Shown: positions 47,304 through 57,145 of the stretch, one piece after another
Layout: every line of letters begins with the position of its first letter
Position numbering within the stretch: position 1 is the stretch's first letter
DNA from: an uncultured Roseivirgaceae bacterium
GTDB lineage: Bacteria > Bacteroidota > Bacteroidia > Cytophagales > Cyclobacteriaceae
Reading direction: 5' to 3'
Assembly: GCA_964551335.1 (NCBI GenBank)
Contig: CAZKCO010000025.1
Span: 12,134-76,133, forward strand
DNA length: 64,000 bases
Translations under genes and position numbers: made by a program
Notes under the pieces: generated by a model
Database searches by the model: none
What the model was told of the DNA's origin: nothing
What the model saw: only the letters and a program-made list of their open reading frames with translations

Positions 47304-48275
47304 ATGATAAAACTTATCAGCTTTCTGTCTTCAAAGCATCACCCGCAAGTAGGTATCGTAGATGGAGAAGATATTCATCCCCTGACAGGAATAAATAGCG
47401 TCTATGAACTGTTACTTAAAGCTGAAGCCAAACAGATTTCGTTAATAAAAATGGTTTACGAACATCGTCGAGAAAATGTTCTTAACTATAATCTCATTCA
47501 TCAAGAACAGCGCCTTCTAGTGCCCTTCTCTCACCCTGATCCCTACCATACTTGGATTACCGGCACGGGGCTAACCCACCTGGGGAGTGCCTCCTCAAGG
47601 GATGCTATGCACCAAGCCGAAATCACTGATTTAGAATCAAACCAGTCTGATTCCATGAAAATGTTTAACCTGGGATTAAAAAACGGGCGCATGTCTGGTG
47701 ACCAACCTGGGGCTCAACCGGAATGGTTTTATAAAGGCAACGGTCTTTCGGCTATCTCACCCGGTCAAGCAATTTCTCAGCCTTCGTTTGCCTTGGATGG
47801 CGGCGAAGAACCCGAACTAGTGGGATTATATTACATCAACAGAGCCGGAAACCCCCAGAGAATAGGCTTTGCCTTGGGCAATGAGTTTTCTGATCATCGG
47901 ATGGAGAAGATAAATTACCTCTATTTGGCCCATTCCAAGCTGCGGAAATGCTCCTACGGCCCGGAGTTACTACTTGGAGAGTTACCCGAACGGATTGTCG
48001 GCAAAAGTAAAATCTGGCGCAATGAGCAGTTACTCTGGGAAAAAGAGTTTCTTACCGGCGAAGCTCATATGAGCCATAACCTGGCTAATCTGGAATACCA
48101 CCACTTTAAGTATGATCTGTTTCGGCAACCGGGAGATGTACACGTACATTTTATGGGGACTTCGGTACTTAGTTTTACTGATCAGATAGAAACTCAAGAA
48201 GCCGATATCTTCGAGATTTCTGCGGACTGTTTCAGTCATCCACTTATCAATCCACTAAGAGTTGAGAAACCATAG
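47304..48275 (+). CDS. FAH-family protein, AraD1/GguC-like
   Basis: TGTGLTHLGSA, QPEWFYKG, GGEEPE, GNEFSDH, NYLYLAHSKLR. Confidence 0.85.
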   Translation: MIKLISFLSSKHHPQVGIVDGEDIHPLTGINSVYELLLKAEAKQISLIKMVYEHRRENVLNYNLIHQEQRLLVPFSHPDPYHTWITGTGLTHLGSASSRDAMHQAEITDLESNQSDSMKMFNLGLKNGRMSGDQPGAQPEWFYKGNGLSAISPGQAISQPSFALDGGEEPELVGLYYINRAGNPQRIGFALGNEFSDHRMEKINYLYLAHSKLRKCSYGPELLLGELPERIVGKSKIWRNEQLLWEKEFLTGEAHMSHNLANLEYHHFKYDLFRQPGDVHVHFMGTSVLSFTDQIETQEADIFEISADCFSHPLINPLRVEKP

Positions 48276-48284
48276 ACTCACTTT

Positions 48285-49289
48285 TTATCGCCCCAGATGG
48301 CGCTCTAACAGCTTTTGGGGAGGCACCAAAAATAAGCTAAACATCGTGAAAAAATTGGCCGAGTAGGTATAGTTTAGCGAGCCTGAGCCATCTCTTGACC
48401 GAAGGTCGGTAGAGACCGGAGTATTGAAACCCGTTTCTAATCCAAGCCATAGCCAATCGTGAATCTCCCGCTTTCCGTGTAAGCTCCACCGAACTTCGCT
48501 ACGTTCAAACTCAAATTGCTCACTCACTGCCGAAGGATAGGTTAGATGAATATTATACTCTGGCCCGTTGAGTTTAATCCCCGCTTCCAAAATATTTTTG
48601 CGGTTTTTGCTAAAGTAGCGAACATTAGCCTGTACCGGAAGCACAGATTCCATACTCCAGTGTTTATTAAATGTATGCTGATAGGCAAATAAGGGTACTA
48701 GTGACGAACCGTCAAAATCAACTCCATAAAATAATCCCAATCCGAGAATTGTGTTCGAACTCTTTCGCCAACCCAATACCGAAGCAACGGAGAAATTTAA
48801 GTACTGATTGGTATTCGGTCGATTAAAATCTCCGTTTAGCGATGCCTGCCATCGATTCAGTATAAACAGGTTACCCCGAAATGGTTTTATTAGGTAAAGT
48901 GAAGCATTTAGGCTCCGTAGAGATTTATTATGGAGTGCCTGAGAAAAATCTGAAGAACGTTCGACATTGATAAACTCAAAATCTTCATCGTAATAGGTTA
49001 GAGAACCAAATGCTTTGAAGCCCGGACGAAGTACCAACGGGGCCCTTAGGCTTATTGAAATGCTGCTGTTATCCTGAATGATGAGGTCGTCTCCATTAGA
49101 AGCCCGCATGCGATAACTTCCTGAACGGTACCGCTGAATATTAAAAAAAGTAGGACGAGGCTGATTGTCTAGACTGGTTTTACAAAAACTGCTTAATTTT
49201 GAACTAGGCCCTGCCTGCCCCGAGCATAGGCTGTTCAACCCAAACAGGAAGATGCAAAGAAGCCCACAAAAACAACCAGTTGGCATCAA
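48285..49289 (-). CDS. Outer-membrane beta-barrel protein (DUF6268-like)
   Basis: Signal peptide and alternating amphipathic beta-strands with aromatic girdle. Confidence 0.7.
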   Translation of the reverse strand: MMPTGCFCGLLCIFLFGLNSLCSGQAGPSSKLSSFCKTSLDNQPRPTFFNIQRYRSGSYRMRASNGDDLIIQDNSSISISLRAPLVLRPGFKAFGSLTYYDEDFEFINVERSSDFSQALHNKSLRSLNASLYLIKPFRGNLFILNRWQASLNGDFNRPNTNQYLNFSVASVLGWRKSSNTILGLGLFYGVDFDGSSLVPLFAYQHTFNKHWSMESVLPVQANVRYFSKNRKNILEAGIKLNGPEYNIHLTYPSAVSEQFEFERSEVRWSLHGKREIHDWLWLGLETGFNTPVSTDLRSRDGSGSLNYTYSANFFTMFSLFLVPPQKLLERHLGR

Positions 49290-49468
49290 GCGGTTAGTTT
49301 AATCCAAAGCAATATGTCAACGATTAGGACCGAATTTTAGTTTGCAGAGGTCAGATTTGATCTAAATATAGTAATTCTATCATTATTTATCGTCAGATGA
49401 GCGACCTCAATTTTACTCGCTTGCTTTATTTGACCAAACTTAGGTGATACTCACTCGTACTTAGCAAT

Positions 49469-50581
49469 ATGCAAACCTGCCAGACCAACAACATACTAAT
49501 TTATCTTCTGTTAAATACATTTCTGCTCTCATCTTGCCGTAATCTTGCTCCCTTAGATGCTAATTATCCCACGAATCCGATAGCCCAAGAAACACCAGCT
49601 TACCGGGATAAGCAAGGTACCGTAATTATAGATATCTCGCTGCTTTCAGATCGGCTTACACTACCGGTTGCTGTGTACCACGGCTACTCCCCCGAGCAGA
49701 TCAACCTCACTCAGCCTATTGGGATGACCCACCACTACACTTTTCTCTGGAAACCGGAAGACGAAGCTTATCAACATTTTTTCACCCTGGTGGACACCAC
49801 TGGAAAAGAAGTAACTATTGCCGAACGGAGAATTCACTTCAAGGGTACCGATAATACCCGAGATCTGGGCGGATACCGCACAAAAGATGGGCGAACCGTC
49901 CGTTGGGGAAAACTTTACCGCTCAGATGATCTCAGCAACCTGACCAAGTCTGACTGGAACTACTGGAAGAATGTTGGCATCCGCACCGTTATTGATTTTC
50001 GTGAACCAGAGGCTCTGGAAAGAAAGCCGGACAATCTACCGCAAAACAATTCACCCAGAGTTCGCCACCTGTCAGTTTATGACACGGCTACTACTCGTAA
50101 GGAGTATAGACAACTACTTCAAAAGACTCAGCCTGATGAATATAATACCGAACAAATTCTAGTTGACAACAATGAGCTCTACGTAAAACAATACACTGAT
50201 AGCTTTGCTTTGGCAATTCAGGAAGTCCTTGTACAAGACGAGCCGTTACTTTACCACTGTTCAGCAGGTAAAGACCGTACCGGTTTTATGAGTGCCATGC
50301 TGCTGCTAACGCTGGGTGTACCCAAAGAAACGATCATGCGAGATTATATGGCGTCCAATTATTACCGGCAGAAACGCATTAGAAAAAGAGCGAATTTAGG
50401 CCCATTGATCGGAATCAACCCTTACACTTCCTTGCCTTTACTAGAAGTTCGTCCCATATATTTGGAAACAGCATTTCGTACCATAGAAGAACAGTACGGT
50501 TCTCTGGACAACTATATCCGGGAAGGATTGGGGATTTCCGAGGCAGAACAGGAAAAATTCCGTCAGGAATATCTATTTTAG
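49469..50581 (+). CDS. Cys-based protein-tyrosine/phosphoinositide phosphatase lipoprotein (IphP/MptpB-like)
   Basis: Lipobox LSSC; NTRDLGG, LYRS, IDFR, HCSAGKDRTG P-loop, DYMASN. Confidence 0.9.
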   Translation: MQTCQTNNILIYLLLNTFLLSSCRNLAPLDANYPTNPIAQETPAYRDKQGTVIIDISLLSDRLTLPVAVYHGYSPEQINLTQPIGMTHHYTFLWKPEDEAYQHFFTLVDTTGKEVTIAERRIHFKGTDNTRDLGGYRTKDGRTVRWGKLYRSDDLSNLTKSDWNYWKNVGIRTVIDFREPEALERKPDNLPQNNSPRVRHLSVYDTATTRKEYRQLLQKTQPDEYNTEQILVDNNELYVKQYTDSFALAIQEVLVQDEPLLYHCSAGKDRTGFMSAMLLLTLGVPKETIMRDYMASNYYRQKRIRKRANLGPLIGINPYTSLPLLEVRPIYLETAFRTIEEQYGSLDNYIREGLGISEAEQEKFRQEYLF

Positions 50582-50585
50582 TGTC

Positions 50586-51755
50586 ATGCGCTCAACAACT
50601 ACTGCCGTCAGCATACCTAAAAAAGCCGCTCAATTAGTGGAATCCGAATTTGGTAGACATGATACCAGCTCTTTGTTTTACCATAATTTGAAACACACCA
50701 AAGAGGTTGTGACTGCCGTTCGTACTATTGGTGAAGGTTGTCAGCTTAGTCAGCCGGAATTGGATATTTTGGTTACTGCAGCCTGGTTTCACGATGTCGG
50801 TCATCTGTACCCTAACGAAGACCCCATTCCAGTTAGCGTAAAGTTTGCTCAGGACTTTCTTTCTAAGGAAAATGCTTCACCCGAGTTTATAGAACAGGTG
50901 ATAGGTTGCATTAGAGCAACTGATATGCCTCAAAAACCTCAGGGCTTATTACAAGAGATTATTTGCGATGCCGACATGGCTCACTTGGCGGGTAAGGACT
51001 ATGAATTTTGGGCCGAAGCTCTTCGTAAGGAACGCAAACTCATATCTAGCAAAAAGATTAAAAGAGAGAAGTGGAATGCTGAGAACCTTAAGTTCTTCAA
51101 AAATCACCACTACTTTACTGATTTTGCAGAAGAGCACTTTGGTCCCGGAAAAAACAAGAACTATCTCTCTCTTAAGGCTAACCTAGCAACTCGAAAGAAA
51201 AAAACGACTAAAAAATCCAAGGTCCCTAAAGGCGGCGAAGTCATGTATCGAATTGTGATGCGTACGCATATGGACCTGAGCGCCATAGCTGATACAAAAG
51301 CCAATATCATGATCTCTGTTAATGCCATATTGTTATCAATACTGGTTACGGTGCTCTTTCGTCGTATTGAGGAATATACTGCCTACTGGTTGCCTGGAGT
51401 TATTTTAACAATGGTTTGTTTGCTGACTATTGTGTTCGCCATTTTAGCAACACTACCTCAGGTAACCCAAGGAAGATTCCGTAAAGAGGATGTCATGAAA
51501 AACCGGGCCAACCTGCTGTTCTTTGGCAACTTCTACAATATGACCCGTGATGACTTTGAGTGGGGAATGCAGATGATCCGGCAAAACGATGATCTGGCCT
51601 ACGGTAGTCTCACGCGTGACTTGTACAATCTTGGTCGGGTTCTAGCCCGAAAATACAAAATGTTGCGGGTTTCCTATCTAATCTTTGTAGTCGGACTGGT
51701 AGTTTCAATAATTTCGTTTATCGCAGTTGCTTTAGGCAAAGTCAATGTGATGTAG
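50586..51755 (+). CDS. HD-domain phosphohydrolase fused to a Pycsar-effector-like (PycTM/DUF5706) membrane domain
   Basis: YHNLKHT, AWFHD, CDADMAHL; then ADTKANIMISVN, 2 TM, NLLFFGNF, KYKMLR and a final TM. Confidence 0.85.
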   Translation: MRSTTTAVSIPKKAAQLVESEFGRHDTSSLFYHNLKHTKEVVTAVRTIGEGCQLSQPELDILVTAAWFHDVGHLYPNEDPIPVSVKFAQDFLSKENASPEFIEQVIGCIRATDMPQKPQGLLQEIICDADMAHLAGKDYEFWAEALRKERKLISSKKIKREKWNAENLKFFKNHHYFTDFAEEHFGPGKNKNYLSLKANLATRKKKTTKKSKVPKGGEVMYRIVMRTHMDLSAIADTKANIMISVNAILLSILVTVLFRRIEEYTAYWLPGVILTMVCLLTIVFAILATLPQVTQGRFRKEDVMKNRANLLFFGNFYNMTRDDFEWGMQMIRQNDDLAYGSLTRDLYNLGRVLARKYKMLRVSYLIFVVGLVVSIISFIAVALGKVNVM

Positions 51756-51793
51756 CAAATCCCATTTTGCCGGTTTCTTAATAGATTAACAAT

Positions 51794-54700
51794 ATGATTC
51801 GGTATGCCTTCTCACTTTTATTTTTGATAGGTCAATACTACTCTGCTACGGCTCAGACCACCCAAGCTGACACTGTAGAATTTAGCCTGTTTTTTCTTGG
51901 AAATACGGCTGATCCAGCCAACGAAATTTCAGAGTCCACTCTCGCTTTATTACAGCAGAAACTTCAGACGGTTGATCATCCCGCTACCCTGCTACTTCTC
52001 GGTGATAATGCTAGTTCGGTAGGTTTACCCGACCGCGAAGAAGCTGAATATCAAGTGGCAGAAAATCGACTTCTATCTCTGCTTAATATTTCAGAAAATT
52101 TTAATGGACAGGTGATTTTTACTCCTGGCGACCGGGACTGGGATCATGGCGGACAAAATGGTTTGACTTACATCTTAAATCAAGGAAACTATCTGGAGTC
52201 TCAGGGAAGTGATCAGGTGCTCTTCCTTCCGGGTGGAGGCTGCCCAGGCCCTTACGAAATTTCCCTGAGTGAAAATATTATATTGGTGGTCATTGATACT
52301 CAGTGGTTTCTTCATACCGGTGATAAGCCTTTGGAATCCTCCGACTGTGGAGCCGCTTCTGTCTCCGATATTGTGGATCAGTTAGAAGACATTCTATCCC
52401 GAAATAAGGATAAACATATTGTCGTAGCGACTCATCACCCCATCTATTCCTATGGACCTAGAGGGGGGCGTTCTCCACTCAAGTATCATTTGTTTCCGTT
52501 CACTGCCCTCTCCGATCCCTTGTATATACCTTTGCCCCTGGTAGGCTCTCTTTATCCGTTATATCGAACTTTGGGAATAAACACCCAAGATCAACACCAT
52601 TATCGCTACCAGATACTTCGTAAATCCCTAGACAAAATTTTAGACCGTGACCATGCCTTGGTGCACATTTCCAGCCACGAGCGCTCCCTCCAGCATATCC
52701 GCCGAGGTAACAACGATTACATTGTCAATGGAGCATTTTCTGAAGCCACTTATGTAAAACAACATCAGAACACGCAATTTGCTGCCTCCAAAATTGGGTT
52801 TGGAGAAATTAAATTCTACCGAAATGGCTCGGCAGAATTACTATTCTGGAACAGTAGCCAGCCAGACCAGCCTCTGCACCAGCAGGCTTTACTAACCACA
52901 TTTTCTCCTTCTACCCAAATTGTTAATCAACTCAATCTAGATTACAGCGATAGTACAATAACTCGAGAAGCCAATACTAAGTATCTGGCAAGCAATAGTA
53001 AAATTAAGTTTTACGGAAATAACTACCGCACCGAATGGAGCCTGCCGACTACTTTCTCCTATTTTGATATCGGAAAAGAGAAAGGTGGTCTTGAAGTAGT
53101 AAAACGAGGCGGAGGCGGACAAACTTTGTCTCTTCGGCTGGAAGCCAAAGACGGCCGACAATACGTTCTCCGTTCAGTGGATAAATACCCCGAACGAAAT
53201 ATTCCACCGTCATTATCCAGTCCGTTCATCAACACGGTGTTGGGTGAAGTGATTTCTGCTTCTCATCCCTACGCTGCCCTGGCTATTCCGCCTATGGCTG
53301 ATGCCATTGGAGTGTACCATACTAACCCCAAAATTGTCTATATCCCCGACGACCCTCGGCTGGGACAGTACCGAGGCACCCACGCCAACACATTGGCTTT
53401 ATTTGAGGAGAGGCCGGATGATGACTGGTCGGACGCTGAATATTTCGGGAGTTCCGAAGATATTGAGAGCACGCCCAAGATGCTGAAGGATTTACGGGAG
53501 GATAACGACAATGAGGTAGATCAGCACTTTTATCTCAAGTCCCGGCTGTTTGACCTGATTATTGGTGACTGGGACCGGCATGCCGACCAATGGCGATGGT
53601 CTACGCAGGAGAAGGATACCAGCGACGGACGAATCTTCCGTCCGATTCCTCGCGACCGAGACCAAGCTTTTTTTGTCAACGAGGGCTTCTTCCCTAGCCT
53701 AGCCTCTCAAAATTTCGTTCTCCCGCCCATTCAAGGTTTTGATGCTGAAGTGCGGGATGTAACCCGGCAGTGGGTAGCCATGGTTCAATATCTGGACCGT
53801 CGGTTGCTAAATAACCTATCCTACGAAGATTGGAAATCAATAGTAGACGAAATACAGCGCAGGTTAACCGATGAAGCTATTCAGACCGGAGTTAATCGAA
53901 TACCTGATACGGTATTTCAGGTTTCGGGGTCAAAAATTATTGAGAATTTAAAACAACGACGCGACGACTTGGAAAAATACGCTCGAACCTACTATCAGTT
54001 TCTTTCCGAAAGTGTAGACGTGGTTGGCAGTGATAATAAAGAGCGTTTCCAAGTTGAAAGGTTAGATAATGAGCGGACTCGAGTGGTAGTGCATAAGTTG
54101 AGTAAAAACAAGGAGAGGGTAGAACAAAAACTCTTCGACCGCATCTTTTACACCAATGAAACCAAGGAGATTCATCTGTACGGCTTGGGCGACGACGATG
54201 ATTTTATCGTTAGTGGAACTACTGAGTTAGGCATAAAACTCAGGATTATTGGGGGTGAAGGAAAGGATGAAATTACCGACCGCTCTTCAGTAAATGGATT
54301 CTCAAAGAAAACTTTAGTCTACGATACACCCGAGGGAGTAACACTGAATTCAGGGCCCGAAACTAAGAAAAAACTTTCGCGGAAAAGTGAAGTAAATCGT
54401 TACGACTGGGGAAGTTTTAAGTATAACTATTTCAGTCCATTAATAACTGCATCTTACAATCAGGACGACGGCATTTTTCTGGGTGGAGGGTTTTTGTATA
54501 AACATCAGGGCTTCCGTAAGTTGCCTTTTGCCAGTAAACATAGCCTTTCGGCTAGCTACGCTTTTGCTACCAGCGCCTTCAACGTTGCTTACAGCGGTGA
54601 GTTTACCGATGTTATCGGGCGTTCTGATCTCCTAGTAGACTTAGATTTTAAGGCCCCTAATTACGTTAACAATTACTTCGGGTTAGGCAACGAATCAGTT

Positions 54701-55540
54701 TATGATCCTGACCTACAGGACATAGATTTTTATCGGTACCGGTTTAAGGAATACGATGTAAGCGCGTTACTAAAGACCAACCTGACCCCCTACCAGTATC
54801 TGGCAGTGGGTCCAGTATACCGCAGTATTGTGGTACAGGCTACTGAAGATCGCTTTATAACTGACTTTCCCAACAATGGGCTTGACCCGGAAACTGTATT
54901 CGACTGGCATGAATACGCCGGAGTTCGGCTGCAGTATGAGTTGAACCGGCTGAACAATTTTACTCCTCTCCGGAACAGCGGAAACGGGGGGCTGGGTGGT
55001 GCGCTGGCTAATTTACAGCAAAATAGCCTACCAACCCGAGGGGTTTTCTGGCAGGTAAACGCCGATTTGTTAGACGGGCTAAACAGTGTATCCCCGGAGT
55101 TTTCCCAGCTATCTTCCAGTTTTACATATTTATGGAGCACCCGCGCCCCCTCAGTACTTACTCTGGCTGCCAGAATCGGGGGTGGTCATATCTTCAGTAA
55201 AGATTTCAGGTTTTTTCAAGCTCAACGGCTAGGAGGATTGACCAACCTGAGAGGCTATCGGCGTACTCGCTTCTACGGCCGTAGTAGCTTTTACAGCAAC
55301 CTGGAATTCCGCCTCCGAGTAGCTCAGTTTCGAACGTACTTTTTTCCAGTGTACTTTGGGGTGATCGGATTTAACGACATCGGTCGGGTTTGGCAAGATC
55401 AGGAAAGCTCTCAGGTGTGGCATCACGGTTACGGAGGTGGAATTTACCTGGCTCCGTTTAACGCTCTAGTATTCTCCGCCGTGTGGGGCTTTTCGGCAGA
55501 AGACAGCTTGCCTATCTTTAAGTTAGGCTACTTCTTCTAG
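51794..55540 (+). CDS. Multi-domain outer-membrane protein: calcineurin-like phosphoesterase, kinase-like domain and Omp85/BamA-TamA barrel
   Basis: GDN, GDRDW, HHPI, SHE motifs; GGGGQT...LFDLIIGDWDRH...RDRDQAF; NLRGY loop; C-terminal LGYFF. Confidence 0.8.
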   Translation: MIRYAFSLLFLIGQYYSATAQTTQADTVEFSLFFLGNTADPANEISESTLALLQQKLQTVDHPATLLLLGDNASSVGLPDREEAEYQVAENRLLSLLNISENFNGQVIFTPGDRDWDHGGQNGLTYILNQGNYLESQGSDQVLFLPGGGCPGPYEISLSENIILVVIDTQWFLHTGDKPLESSDCGAASVSDIVDQLEDILSRNKDKHIVVATHHPIYSYGPRGGRSPLKYHLFPFTALSDPLYIPLPLVGSLYPLYRTLGINTQDQHHYRYQILRKSLDKILDRDHALVHISSHERSLQHIRRGNNDYIVNGAFSEATYVKQHQNTQFAASKIGFGEIKFYRNGSAELLFWNSSQPDQPLHQQALLTTFSPSTQIVNQLNLDYSDSTITREANTKYLASNSKIKFYGNNYRTEWSLPTTFSYFDIGKEKGGLEVVKRGGGGQTLSLRLEAKDGRQYVLRSVDKYPERNIPPSLSSPFINTVLGEVISASHPYAALAIPPMADAIGVYHTNPKIVYIPDDPRLGQYRGTHANTLALFEERPDDDWSDAEYFGSSEDIESTPKMLKDLREDNDNEVDQHFYLKSRLFDLIIGDWDRHADQWRWSTQEKDTSDGRIFRPIPRDRDQAFFVNEGFFPSLASQNFVLPPIQGFDAEVRDVTRQWVAMVQYLDRRLLNNLSYEDWKSIVDEIQRRLTDEAIQTGVNRIPDTVFQVSGSKIIENLKQRRDDLEKYARTYYQFLSESVDVVGSDNKERFQVERLDNERTRVVVHKLSKNKERVEQKLFDRIFYTNETKEIHLYGLGDDDDFIVSGTTELGIKLRIIGGEGKDEITDRSSVNGFSKKTLVYDTPEGVTLNSGPETKKKLSRKSEVNRYDWGSFKYNYFSPLITASYNQDDGIFLGGGFLYKHQGFRKLPFASKHSLSASYAFATSAFNVAYSGEFTDVIGRSDLLVDLDFKAPNYVNNYFGLGNESVYDPDLQDIDFYRYRFKEYDVSALLKTNLTPYQYLAVGPVYRSIVVQATEDRFITDFPNNGLDPETVFDWHEYAGVRLQYELNRLNNFTPLRNSGNGGLGGALANLQQNSLPTRGVFWQVNADLLDGLNSVSPEFSQLSSSFTYLWSTRAPSVLTLAARIGGGHIFSKDFRFFQAQRLGGLTNLRGYRRTRFYGRSSFYSNLEFRLRVAQFRTYFFPVYFGVIGFNDIGRVWQDQESSQVWHHGYGGGIYLAPFNALVFSAVWGFSAEDSLPIFKLGYFF

Positions 55541-55625
55541 AACATTGTCATTGGTAAATACCTAATTATTCTTTCATTCATGACCTAAAATCTACTAAAT
55601 TGCCCGCATAACGGCTACTTACTTT

Positions 55626-56174
55626 ATGCAAGATCGCAAATGTATTATTCATGCCAATTTGCTCGACGTAATGTTGCATCGGCTTTGCCATCAGCTTATA
55701 GAAAGTCATGCCGAATTTGCCGAAACTGTGCTGCTGGGTCTGCAGCCCCGAGGTATTTTTTTTGCCGACCGTATTCAGCAGCGATTGTCCAAAATACTAG
55801 ATAAAAAGATTGATAAAGGCTATTTAGATACCACTTTTCACCGCGATGACTTCCGCCGACGGAACAGTCCACTGACCCCCAGTAAAACTGAGGTTCCTTT
55901 TTTGATAGAAGACAAAAATGTGATTCTGTTAGACGATGTGCTCTACACCGGGCGCTCGGTACGGGCTGCACTAGACGCGATGGTTACTTTTGGACGCCCT
56001 CGTAAGGTTGAACTGATGGTGCTGATTGACCGCAAATATACCCGCCATCTACCTATTGAACCCGACTACGTAGGTCTGGCAGTTAACACCATTGATTCGC
56101 AGCGGGTGTTGGTAGAATGGGAAGAACCTAATGGAGAAGATGGGGTGTGGCTTACTTCCAAATCAACTAACTAA
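55626..56174 (+). CDS. pyrR: Bifunctional pyr regulator / uracil phosphoribosyltransferase
   Basis: GLQPRG, TFHRDD, LLDDVLYTGRSVRAA, DR...LPI.PD.VG. Confidence 0.93.
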   Translation: MQDRKCIIHANLLDVMLHRLCHQLIESHAEFAETVLLGLQPRGIFFADRIQQRLSKILDKKIDKGYLDTTFHRDDFRRRNSPLTPSKTEVPFLIEDKNVILLDDVLYTGRSVRAALDAMVTFGRPRKVELMVLIDRKYTRHLPIEPDYVGLAVNTIDSQRVLVEWEEPNGEDGVWLTSKSTN

Positions 56175-57127
56175 TGGCTACTGATACTGCCTTACAATCC
56201 CTTAAGAGCCCCCACCTGCTGGGAATAAAAGACTTGAGTGCCGAAGAAATCCACCTGATTTTCTCTACGGCAGATCAATTTAAAGAGGTACTCAATCGCC
56301 CAATCAAGAAAGTTCCTTCGCTGCGCGACATTACCATTGCCAACGTTTTTTTTGAAAATTCAACTCGTACCCGTTTATCCTTCGAGCTGGCCGAAAAGAG
56401 GCTTTCGGCTGATGTGGTTAACTTTTCATCTTCTTCCAGTTCAGTAAAAAAAGGAGAAACGCTGCTGGATACCGTCAATAACATTTTGGCCATGAAGGTA
56501 GACATGGTGGTGATGCGGCACGCTAGCCCTGGTGCGCCTCACTTTCTCTCCCGCCATATTGATGCCCACGTAATTAACGCCGGAGATGGTACCCACGAGC
56601 ACCCCACCCAGGCATTATTAGATACCTACTCCATCTATTCCAAATTTGGTGATGTAGCTGGTAAGAAGGTGGCTATAGTGGGTGATATCATGCACTCGCG
56701 GGTGGCGTTGTCCAATATTTTCGCCCTTCAAAAATTAGGAGCAGAGGTGATGGTATGTGGCCCGGCTACATTACTTCCCAAGTATATTACCCAGTTAGGA
56801 ATAAGTGCTACCCTCGACATCCGGGAAGCTCTGCAATGGTGCGATGTTGCCAATATTCTACGTATACAACTGGAACGGCAGCAGGTGAAGTATTTTCCCT
56901 CATTGCGGGAGTACTCTTTATACTACGGTGTAAACCGGGAGCTACTCAATAGCCTAGACAAACCCATAACCATTATGCACCCTGGTCCCATTAACCGAGG
57001 TGTTGAACTAAACAGCGATGTAGCCGACTCCGAACACGCCATTATTTTAGAACAGGTTGAAAACGGCGTAGCTATCCGGATGGCGGTACTGTACTTACTT
57101 GCCGCTCAAAACAAGCAATCTGGGTAA
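56174..57127 (+). CDS. pyrB: Aspartate carbamoyltransferase catalytic subunit
   Basis: FFENSTRT, SVKKGE, NAGDG.HEHPTQ, HSRVA, MHPGP.NRG. Confidence 0.96.
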   Translation: MATDTALQSLKSPHLLGIKDLSAEEIHLIFSTADQFKEVLNRPIKKVPSLRDITIANVFFENSTRTRLSFELAEKRLSADVVNFSSSSSSVKKGETLLDTVNNILAMKVDMVVMRHASPGAPHFLSRHIDAHVINAGDGTHEHPTQALLDTYSIYSKFGDVAGKKVAIVGDIMHSRVALSNIFALQKLGAEVMVCGPATLLPKYITQLGISATLDIREALQWCDVANILRIQLERQQVKYFPSLREYSLYYGVNRELLNSLDKPITIMHPGPINRGVELNSDVADSEHAIILEQVENGVAIRMAVLYLLAAQNKQSG

Positions 57128-57145
57128 TCTACTTTGATAGTCAAT

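Noticed and set aside
50586-51755. Complete Pycsar anti-phage system
   Set aside because: Only the effector-like domain is present; there is no PycC cyclase or other defence gene nearby.
55541-55625. PyrR attenuator upstream of pyrR-pyrB
   Set aside because: The 85-bp gap contains no ARUCCNGNGAGGY motif and no terminator/antiterminator pair.
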